Positions 52,301-64,000 of a stretch of DNA of 64,000 bases are shown in pieces. The position numbers and the translations under genes are program-made. A model generated the notes under the pieces. It had not been told where the DNA came from and did not search any database. It saw only the letters and a list, made by a program, of their open reading frames with translations. Each line of letters opens with the position of its first letter. Within the stretch, counting starts at the first letter, position 1. The stretch comes from Eledone cirrhosa (Eukaryota). Location: contig OZ024753.1 of assembly GCA_964016885.1 (NCBI GenBank), forward strand, positions 21,452,001-21,516,000, written 5' to 3'.

Positions 52301-55300
52301 CATGCTAGCCTTAGTAGTGACCAGACCTGACATAACCCATGCTAGCCTCAGTAGTGACCAGACCTGATATAACCCATGCTAGTCTCAGTAGTGACCAGAC
52401 CTGACATAACCCATGCTAGCCTTAGTAGTGACCAGACCTGACATAACCCATGCTAGCCACAGTAGTGACCAGACCTGACATAACCCATGCTAGCCTTAGA
52501 AGTGACCAGACCTGACTTAACCCATGCTAGCCTCAGTAGTGACCAGACATGACATAACACATGCTAGCCTTAGTAGTGACCAGACCTGACTTAACCCATG
52601 CTAGCCTCAGTAGTGACCAGACATGACATAACCCATGCTAGCCTTAGTAGTGACCAGACCTGACATAACCCATGCTAGCCTCAGTAGTGACCAGACCTGA
52701 TATAACCCATGCTAGTCTCAGTAGTGACCAGACCTGACATAACCCATGCTAGCCTTAGTAGTGACCAGACCTGACATAACCCATGCTAGACTTAGTAGTG
52801 ACCAGACATGACATAACACATGCTAGCCTTAGTAGTGACCAGACCTGATATAACCCATGCTAGTCTCAGTAGTGACCAGACCTGACATAACCCATGCTAG
52901 CCTTAGTAGTGACCAGACCTGACATAACCCATGCTAGCCTCAGTAGTGACCAGACCTGACATAACCCATGCTAGTCTCAGTAGTGACCAGACCTGACATA
53001 ACCCATGCTAGCCTTAGTAGTGACCAGACATGACACAACTCATGCTAGCCTTAGTAGTGACCAGACATGACATAACACATGCTAGCCTTAGTAGTGACCA
53101 GACCTGACATAACCCATGCTAGCCTTAGTAGTGACCAGACCTGACATAACCCATGCTAGCCTTAGTAGTGACCAGACCTGACATAACCCATGCTAGCCAC
53201 AGTAGTGACCAGACCTGACATAACCCATGCTAACCTTAGTAGTGACCAGACTCGACATAACCCATGCTAGCCTTAGTATTGACCAGATCTGACATAACTC
53301 ATGCTAGGCTTAGTAGTGACCAGACCTGTCATAACCCATGCTAGCCTTAGTAGTGACCAGACATGACATAACCCATGCTAGCCTTAGTAGTGACCAGACC
53401 TGACTTAACCCATGCTAGCCTTAGTAGTGACCAGACCTGACATAACACATGCTAGCCTTAGTAGTGACCAGACCTGACATAACCCATGCTAGCCTTAGTA
53501 GTGACCAGACATGACATAACCCATGCTAGCCTTAGTAGTGACCAGACCTGACATAACCCATGCTAGCCTTAGTAGTGACCAGACCTGACATAACCCATGC
53601 TAGCCACAGCAGTGACCAGACATGACATAACCCATGCTAGCCTCAGTAGTGACCAGACATGACATAATCCATGCCAGCCTTAGTAGTGACCAGACCTGAC
53701 ATAACCCATGCTAGCCTTAGTAGTGACCAGACCTGACATAACCCATGCTAGCCTTAGTAGTGACCAGACCTGACATAACCCATGCTAGCCTCAGTAGTGA
53801 CCAGACCTGATATAACCCATGCTAGTCTCAGTAGTGACCAGACCTGACATAACCCATGCTAGCCTTAGTAGTGACCAGACATGACATAACCCATGCTAGC
53901 CTTAGTAGTGACCAGACCTGACATAACCCATGCTAGCCTTAGTAGTGACCAGACCTGACATAACCCATGCTAGCCTCAGTAGTGACCAGACCTGATATAA
54001 CCCATGCTAGTCTCAGTAGTGACCAGACCTGACATAACCCATGCTAGCCTTAGTAGTGACCAGACATGACATAACCCATGCTAGCCACAGTAGTGACCAG
54101 ACATGACACAACCCATGCTAGGCTTAGTAGTGACCAGACCTGACATAACCCATGCTAGCCTTAGTAGTGACCAGACCTGACATAACCCATGCTAGCCAAA
54201 GTAGTGACCAGACCTGACATAACCCATGCTAGCCTTAGAAGTGACCAGACCTGACTTAACCCATGCTAGCCTCAGTAGTGACCAGACATGACATAACACA
54301 TGCTAGCCTTAGTAGTGACCAGACCTGACATAAGCCATGCTAGCCACAGTAGTGACCAGACCTGACATAACCCATGCTAGCCACAGTAGTGACCAGACCT
54401 GACATAACCCATGCTAGCCACAGTAGTGACCAGACCTGACATAACCCATGCTAGCCACAGTAGTGACCAGACCTGACATAAGCCATGCTAGCCTGAGTAA
54501 TGACCAGAACTGACATAACCCATGCTAGCCTCAGTAGTGACCAGACCTGACATAACCCATGCTAGCCTCAGTAGTGACCAGACCTGACATAACCCATGCT
54601 AGCCTTAGTAGTGACCAGACCTGACATAACCCATGCTAGCCACAGTAGTGACCAGACCTGACATAACCCATGCGAGCCTCAGTAGTGACTAGACCTGACA
54701 TAACCCATGCTAGCCACAGTAGTGACCAGACCTGACATAACCCATGCTAGCCTTAGTAGTGACCAGACCTGACATAACCCATGCTAGCCTGAGTAATGAC
54801 CAGAACTGACATAACCCATGCTAGCCTCAGTAGTGACCAGACCTGACATAACCCATGCTAGCCTTAGTAGTGACCAGACCTGACATAACCCATGCTAGCC
54901 TCAGTAGTGACCAGACCTGACATAACCCATGCTAGCCACAGTAGTGACCAGACCTGACATAACCCATGCGAGCCTCAGTAGTGACTAGACCTGACATAAG
55001 CCATGCTAGACTCAGTAGTGACCAGACCTGACATAACCCATGCTAGCCACAGTAGTGACCAGACCTGACATAACCCATGCTAGCCACAGTAGTGACCAGA
55101 CCTGACATAACCCATGCTAGCCACAGTAGTGACCAGACCTGACATAACCCATGCGAGCCTCAGTAGTGACTAGACCTGACATAACCCATGCTAGCCTTAG
55201 TAGTGACCAGACCTGACATAACCCATGCTAGCCACAGTAGTGACCAGACCTGACATAACCCATGCTAGCCACAGTAGTGACCAGACCTGACATAACCCAT

Positions 55301-58300
55301 GCTAGCCTTAGTAGTGACCAGACCTGACATAACCCATGCTAGCCACAGTAGTGACCAGACCTGACATAACCCATGCTAGCCTCAGTAGTGACCAGACCTG
55401 ATATAACCCATGCTAGTCTCAGTAGTGACCAGACCTGACATAACCCATGCTAGCCTCAGTAGTGACCAGACCTGACATAACCCATGCTAGCCTTAGTAGT
55501 GACCAGACATGACATAACCCATGCTAGCCTCAGTAGTGACCAGACATGACATAACACATGCTAGCCTCAGTAGTGACCAGACCTGATATAACCCATGCTA
55601 GTCTCAGTAGTGACCAGACCTGACATAACCCATGCTAGCCTCAGTAGTGACCAGACCTGATATAACCCATGCTAGTCTCAGTAGTGACCAGACCTGACAT
55701 AACCCATGCTAGCCTCAGTAGTGACCAGACATGACATAACCCATGCTAGTCTCAGTAGTGACCAGACCTGATATAACCCATGCTAGTCTCAGTAGTGACC
55801 AGACCTGACATAACCCATGCTAGCCTCAGTAGTGACCAGACCTGATATAACCCATGCTAGTCTCAGTAGTGACCAGACCTGACATAACCCATGCTAGCCT
55901 CAGTAGTGACCAGACATGACATAACCCATGCTAGTCTCAGTAGTGACCAGACCTGATATAACCCATGCTAGTCTCAGTAGTGACCAGACCTGACATAACC
56001 CATGCTAGCCTCAGTAGTGACCAGACCTGATATAACCCATGCTAGTCTCAGTAGTGACCAGACCTGACATAACCCATGCTAGCCTCAGTAGTGACCAGAC
56101 ATGACACAACTCATGCTAGCCTTAGTAGTGACCAGACATGACATAACACATGCTAGCCTTAGTAGTGACCAGACCTGACATAACCCATGCTAGCCTTAGT
56201 AGTGACCAGACCTGACATAACCCATGCTAGCCTTAGTAGTGACCAGACCTGACATAACCCATGCTAGCCACAGTAGTGACCAGACCTGACATAAGCCATG
56301 CTAGCCTTAGTAGTGACCAGACCTGACGTAACCCATGCTAGCCTCAGTAATGACCAGACCTGATATAACCCATGCTAGTCTCAGTAGTGACCAGACCTGA
56401 CATAACCCATGCTAGCCTCAGTAGTGACCAGACCTGACATAACCCATGCTAGCCTCAGAGGTGACCAGACCTGACATAACACATGCTAGCCTTAGTAGTG
56501 ACCAGACATGACATAACCCATGCTAGCCTTAGTACTGACCAGACCTAACATAACCCATGCTAGCCTTAGTAGTGACCAGACCTGACATAACCCATGCTAG
56601 ACTTAGTAGTGACCACACCTGACATAACCCATGCTAGCCTTAGTAGTGGTCAGGCCTGACATAACCCATGCTAGCCTTAGTAGTGACCGGACCTGTGATA
56701 ACCCATGCTAGACTTAGTAGTGACCAGACCTGACATAACCCATTCTAGCCTTAGTAGTGACCAGACCTGACATAACCCATTCTAGCCTTAGTAGTGACCA
56801 GACCTGACATAACCCATACTAGCCTCAGTAGTGACCAGACCTGACATAACCCATGAAAGCCTCAGTAGTGACCAGACCTGACATAACCCATGCTAGACTT
56901 AGTAGTGACCAGACCTGACATAACCCATGCTAGCCTCAGTAGAGACCAGACCTGACATAACCCATGCTAGCCTGAATAATGACCAGAACTGACATAACCC
57001 ATGCTAGCCTGAGTAATGACCAGAACTGACATAACCCATGCTAGCCTTAGTAGTGACCAGACCTGACATAACCCATGCTTGCCTTATTAGTGACCAGACC
57101 TGACATAACCCATGCTAGTCTCAGTAGTGACCAGACCTGACATAACCCATGCTAGCCTCAGTAGTGACCAGACCTGACATAACCCATGCTAGCCGTAGAA
57201 TTGACCAGACCTGACATAACTCATGCTAGCCTTAGGAGTGACCAGAACTGACATAACCCATGCTAGCCGTAGAATTGACCAGACCTGACATAACTCATGC
57301 TAGCCTTAGGAGTGACCAGAACTGACATAACCCATGCTAGCCTCAGTAGTGGCCAGACCTGACATAACCCATGCTAGTCTCAGTAGTGACCAGACCTGAC
57401 ATAACCCATGCTAGCCTCAGTAGTGACCAGACCTGACATAACCCATGCTAGCCGTAGAATTGACCAGACCTGACATAACTCATGCTAGCCTTAGGAGTGA
57501 CCAGACCTGACATAACCCATGCTAGCCGTAGAATTGACCAGACCTGACATAACTCATGCTAGCCTTAGGAGTGACCAGAACTGACATAACCCATGCTAGC
57601 CTCAGTAGTGGCCAGACCTGACATAACCAATGCTAGCCTCAGTAGTGGTCAGACCTGACATAAGCCATGTTATCCTCAGTAGTGGCCAGACCTGACATAA
57701 CCCATGCTAGCCTCAGTAGTGACCAGACCTGACATAACCCATGCTAGCCTTAGTAATGACCAGACCTTACATAACACATGCTAGCCTCAGTAGTGACCAG
57801 ACCTGACATAACCCATGCTAGCCTTAGTAGTGACCAGACCTGACATAACCCATGCTAGCCTCAGTAGTGACCAGACCTGACATAACCCATGCTAGCCTTA
57901 GTAGTGACCAGATCTGACATAACCCATGCTAGCCTTAGTAGTGACCAGACCTGACATAACCCATGCTAGCCTCAGTAGTGACCAGACCTGACATAACCCA
58001 TGCTAGCCTTAGTAGTGACCAGATCTGACATAACCCATGCTAGCCTTAGTAGTGACCAGACCTGACATAACCCATGCTAGCCTCAGTAGTGACCAGACCT
58101 GACATAACCCATGCTAGCCTTAGTAGTGACCAGACCTGACATAACCCATGCTAGCCTCAGTAGTGACCAGACCTGACATAACCCATGCTAGCCTTAGTAG
58201 TGACTAGACCTGACATAACCCATGCTAGCCTCAGTAGTGACCAGACCCGACATAACCCATGCTAGCCTTAGTAGTGACCAGACCTGACATAACCCATGCT

Positions 58301-61300
58301 AGCCTTAGTAGTGACCAGACCTGACATAACCCATGCTAGCCTTAGTAGTGACCAGACCTGACATAACCCATGCTAGCCTTAGTAGTGACCAGACCTGACA
58401 TAACCCATGCTAGCCACAGCAGTGACCAGACATGACATAACCCATGCTAGCCTCAGTAGTGACCAGACATGACATAATCCATGCCAGCCTTAGTAGTGAC
58501 CAGACCTGACATAACCCATGCTAGCCTTAGTAGTGACCAGACCTGACATAACCCATGCTAGCCTTAGTAGTGACCAGACCTGACATAACCCATGCTAGCC
58601 TCAGTAGTGACCAGACCTGATATAACCCATGCTAGTCTCAGTAGTGACCAGACCTGACATAACCCATGCTAGCCTTAGTAGTGACCAGACATGACATAAC
58701 CCATGCTAGCCTTAGTAGTGACCAGACCTGACATAACCCATGCTAGCCTTAGTAGTGACCAGACCTGACATAACCCATGCTAGCCTCAGTAGTGACCAGA
58801 CCTGATATAACCCATGCTAGTCTCAGTAGTGACCAGACCTGACATAACCCATGCTAGCCTTAGTAGTGACCAGACATGACATAACCCATGCTAGCCACAG
58901 TAGTGACCAGACATGACACAACCCATGCTAGGCTTAGTAGTGACCAGACCTGACATAACCCATGCTAGCCTTAGTAGTGACCAGACCTGACATAACCCAT
59001 GCTAGCCAAAGTAGTGACCAGACCTGACATAACCCATGCTAGCCTTAGAAGTGACCAGACCTGACTTAACCCATGCTAGCCTCAGTAGTGACCAGACATG
59101 ACATAACACATGCTAGCCTTAGTAGTGACCAGACCTGACATAAGCCATGCTAGCCACAGTAGTGACCAGACCTGACATAACCCATGCTAGCCACAGTAGT
59201 GACCAGACCTGACATAACCCATGCTAGCCACAGTAGTGACCAGACCTGACATAACCCATGCTAGCCACAGTAGTGACCAGACCTGACATAAGCCATGCTA
59301 GCCTGAGTAATGACCAGAACTGACATAACCCATGCTAGCCTCAGTAGTGACCAGACCTGACATAACCCATGCTAGCCTCAGTAGTGACCAGACCTGACAT
59401 AACCCATGCTAGCCTTAGTAGTGACCAGACCTGACATAACCCATGCTAGCCACAGTAGTGACCAGACCTGACATAACCCATGCGAGCCTCAGTAGTGACT
59501 AGACCTGACATAACCCATGCTAGCCACAGTAGTGACCAGACCTGACATAACCCATGCTAGCCTTAGTAGTGACCAGACCTGACATAACCCATGCTAGCCT
59601 GAGTAATGACCAGAACTGACATAACCCATGCTAGCCTCAGTAGTGACCAGACCTGACATAACCCATGCTAGCCTTAGTAGTGACCAGACCTGACATAACC
59701 CATGCTAGCCTCAGTAGTGACCAGACCTGACATAACCCATGCTAGCCACAGTAGTGACCAGACCTGACATAACCCATGCGAGCCTCAGTAGTGACTAGAC
59801 CTGACATAAGCCATGCTAGACTCAGTAGTGACCAGACCTGACATAACCCATGCTAGCCACAGTAGTGACCAGACCTGACATAACCCATGCTAGCCACAGT
59901 AGTGACCAGACCTGACATAACCCATGCTAGCCACAGTAGTGACCAGACCTGACATAACCCATGCGAGCCTCAGTAGTGACTAGACCTGACATAACCCATG
60001 CTAGCCTTAGTAGTGACCAGACCTGACATAACCCATGCTAGCCACAGTAGTGACCAGACCTGACATAACCCATGCTAGCCACAGTAGTGACCAGACCTGG
60101 CATAACCCATGCTAGCCTTAGTAGTGACCAGACCTGACATAACCCATGCTAGCCACAGTAGTGACCAGACCTGACATAACCCATGCTAGCCTCAGTAGTG
60201 ACCAGACCTGATATAACCCATGCTAGTCTTAGTAGTGACCAGACCTGACATAACCCATGCTAGCCTCAGTAGTGACCAGACCTGACATAACCCATGCTAG
60301 CCTTAGTAGTGACCAGACATGACATAACCCATGCTAGCCTCAGTAGTGACCAGACATGACATAACACATGCTAGCCTCAGTAGTGACCAGACCTGATATA
60401 ACCCATGCTAGTCTCAGTAGTGACCAGACCTGACATAACCCATGCTAGCCTCAGTAGTGACCAGACCTGATATAACCCATGCTAGTCTCAGTAGTGACCA
60501 GACCTGACATAACCCATGCTAGCCTCAGTAGTGACCAGACATGACATAACCCATGCTAGTCTCAGTAGTGACCAGACCTGATATAACCCATGCTAGTCTC
60601 AGTAGTGACCAGACCTGACATAACCCATGCTAGCCTCAGTAGTGACCAGACCTGATATAACCCATGCTAGTCTCAGTAGTGACCAGACCTGACATAACCC
60701 ATGCTAGCCTCAGTAGTGACCAGACATGACATAACCCATGCTAGTCTCAGTAGTGACCAGACCTGATATAACCCATGCTAGTCTCAGTAGTGACCAGACC
60801 TGACATAACCCATGCTAGCCTCAGTAGTGACCAGACCTGATATAACCCATGCTAGTCTCAGTAGTGACCAGACCTGACATAACCCATGCTAGCCTCAGTA
60901 GTGACCAGACATGACACAACTCATGCTAGCCTTAGTAGTGACCAGACATGACATAACACATGCTAGCCTTAGTAGTGACCAGACCTGACATAACCCATGC
61001 TAGCCTTAGTAGTGACCAGACCTGACATAACCCATGCTAGCCTTAGTAGTGACCAGACCTGACATAACCCATGCTAGCCACAGTAGTGACCAGACCTGAC
61101 ATAAGCCATGCTAGCCTTAGTAGTGACCAGACCTGACATAACCCATGCTAGCCTCAGTAATGACCAGACCTGATATAACCCATGCTAGTCTCAGTAGTGA
61201 CCAGACCTGACATAACCCATGCTAGCCTCAGTAGTGACCAGACCTGACATAACCCATACTAGCCTCAGAGGTGACCAGACCTGACATAACACATGCTAGC

Positions 61301-64000
61301 CTTAGTAGTGACCAGACATGACATAACCCATGCTAGCCTTAGTACTGACCAGACCTAACATAACCCATGCTAGCCTTAGTAGTGACCAGACCTGACATAA
61401 CCCATGCTAGACTTAGTAGTGACCACACCTGACATAACCCATGCTAGCCTTAGTAGTGGTCAGGCCTGACATAACCCATGCTAGCCTTAGTAGTGACCGG
61501 ACCTGTGATAACCCATGCTAGACTTAGTAGTGACCAGACCTGACATAACCCATTCTAGCCTTAGTAGTGACCAGACCTGACATAACCCATTCTAGCCTTA
61601 GTAGTGACCAGACCTGACATAACCCATACTAGCCTCAGTAGTGACCAGACCTGACATAACCCATGAAAGCCTCAGTAGTGACCAGACCTGACATAACCCA
61701 TGCTAGACTTAGTAGTGACCAGACCTGACATAACCCATGCTAGCCTCAGTAGAGACCAGACCTGACATAACCCATGCTAGCCTGAATAATGACCAGAACT
61801 GACATAACCCATGCTAGCCTGAGTAATGACCAGAACTGACATAACCCATGCTAGCCTTAGTAGTGACCAGACCTGACATAACCCATGCTTGCCTTATTAG
61901 TGATCAGACCTGACATAACCCATGCTAGTCTCAGTAGTGACCAGACCTGACATAACCCATGCTAGCCTCAGTAGTGACCAGACCTGACATAACCCATGCT
62001 AGCCGTAGAATTGACCAGACCTGACATAACTCATGCTAGCCTTAGGAGTGACCAGAACTGACATAACCCATGCTAGCCGTAGAATTGACCAGACCTGACA
62101 TAACTCATGCTAGCCTTAGGAGTGACCAGAACTGACATAACCCATGCTAGCCTCAGTAGTGGCCAGACCTGACATAACCCATGCTAGTCTCAGTAGTGAC
62201 CAGACCTGACATAACCCATGCTAGCCTCAGTAGTGACCAGACCTGACATAACCCATGCTAGCCGTAGAATTGACCAGACCTGACATAACTCATGCTAGCC
62301 TTAGGAGTGACCAGACCTGACATAACCCATGCTAGCCGTAGAATTGACCAGACCTGACATAACTCATGCTAGCCTTAGGAGTGACCAGAACTGACATAAC
62401 CCATGCTAGCCTCAGTAGTGGCCAGACCTGACATAACCAATGCTAGCCTCAGTAGTGGTCAGACCTGACATAAGCCATGTTATCCTCAGTAGTGGCCAGA
62501 CCTGACATAACCCATGCGAGCCTCAGTAGTGACTAGACCTGACATAACCCATGCTAGCCACAGTAGTGACCAGACCTGACATAACCCATGCTAGCCTTAG
62601 TAGTGACCAGACCTGACATAACCCATGCTAGCCTGAGTAATGACCAGAACTGACATAACCCATGCTAGCCTCAGTAGTGACCAGACCTGACATAACCCAT
62701 GCTAGCCTTAGTAGTGACCAGACCTGACATAACCCATGCTAGCCTCAGTAGTGACCAGACCTGACATAACCCATGCTAGCCACAGTAGTGACCAGACCTG
62801 ACATAACCCATGCGAGCCTCAGTAGTGACTAGACCTGACATAAGCCATGCTAGACTCAGTAGTGACCAGACCTGACATAACCCATGCTAGCCACAGTAGT
62901 GACCAGACCTGACATAACCCATGCTAGCCACAGTAGTGACCAGACCTGACATAACCCATGCTAGCCACAGTAGTGACCAGACCTGACATAACCCATGCGA
63001 GCCTCAGTAGTGACTAGACCTGACATAACCCATGCTAGCCTTAGTAGTGACCAGACCTGACATAACCCATGCTAGCCACAGTAGTGACCAGACCTGACAT
63101 AACCCATGCTAGCCACAGTAGTGACCAGACCTGACATAACCCATGCTAGCCTTAGTAGTGACCAGACCTGACATAACCCATGCTAGCCACAGTAGTGACC
63201 AGACCTGACATAACCCATGCTAGCCTCAGTAGTGACCAGACCTGATATAACCCATGCTAGTCTCAGTAGTGACCAGACCTGACATAACCCATGCTAGCCT
63301 CAGTAGTGACCAGACCTGACATAACCCATGCTAGCCTTAGTAGTGACCAGACATGACATAACCCATGCTAGCCTCAGTAGTGACCAGACATGACATAACA
63401 CATGCTAGCCTCAGTAGTGACCAGACCTGATATAACCCATGCTAGTCTCAGTAGTGACCAGACCTGACATAACCCATGCTAGCCTCAGTAGTGACCAGAC
63501 CTGATATAACCCATGCTAGTCTCAGTAGTGACCAGACCTGACATAACCCATGCTAGCCTCAGTAGTGACCAGACATGACATAACCCATGCTAGTCTCAGT
63601 AGTGACCAGACCTGATATAACCCATGCTAGTCTCAGTAGTGACCAGACCTGACATAACCCATGCTAGCCTCAGTAGTGACCAGACCTGATATAACCCATG
63701 CTAGTCTCAGTAGTGACCAGACCTGACATAACCCATGCTAGCCTCAGTAGTGACCAGACATGACATAACCCATGCTAGTCTCAGTAGTGACCAGACCTGA
63801 TATAACCCATGCTAGTCTCAGTAGTGACCAGACCTGACATAACCCATGCTAGCCTCAGTAGTGACCAGACCTGATATAACCCATGCTAGTCTCAGTAGTG
63901 ACCAGACCTGACATAACCCATGCTAGCCTCAGTAGTGACCAGACATGACACAACTCATGCTAGCCTTAGTAGTGACCAGACATGACATAACACATGCTAG
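19303..64000. repeat. 37-bp satellite array, about 1,200 monomers, consensus GACCTGACATAACCCATGCTAGCCTYAGTAGTGACCA; continues past the window end
   Basis: Period of 37 measured directly (e.g. 20281 to 20318). No spacers, no foreign insertions seen, and no ORF of 60 aa or more in the supplied track. Confidence 0.99.

Noticed and set aside
19303-64000. CRISPR array (37-bp repeats)
   Set aside because: Monomers are head-to-tail with no unique spacers, there are no cas genes, and the context is eukaryotic.
19303-64000. Repetitive protein-coding region or hammerhead satellite
   Set aside because: The monomer has stop codons on both strands and 37 is not a multiple of 3. CTGACAT is not followed by the GA/GAAA hammerhead core.

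Overview
Eukaryotic, gene-free, repeat-saturated DNA. The SINE and RTE tail motifs resemble cephalopod (Octopus-like) repeats, which is my inference and not a database result. Bases 1-19.3 kb are a nest of decayed transposons: a piggyBac transposase fragment, two long and two short RTE-clade LINE copies with (GAT)n tails, a Penelope-like element (PLE) whose GIY-YIG domain is split by both a solo LTR and an RTE LINE, a second PLE 3' fragment, tRNA/CORE-type SINEs, several fold-back elements and TA-rich micro- and minisatellites. Two small non-coding units with direct plus inverted repeats each carry a type I hammerhead-ribozyme motif. Nearly all oriented elements lie on the minus strand. From about 19,303 to the window end there is an uninterrupted 37-bp satellite (about 1,200 monomers, 44.7 kb) with multi-kb higher-order duplications. 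Its monomer closely matches the conserved 3'-terminal motif of the neighbouring RTE LINEs. No intact protein-coding gene is supported.
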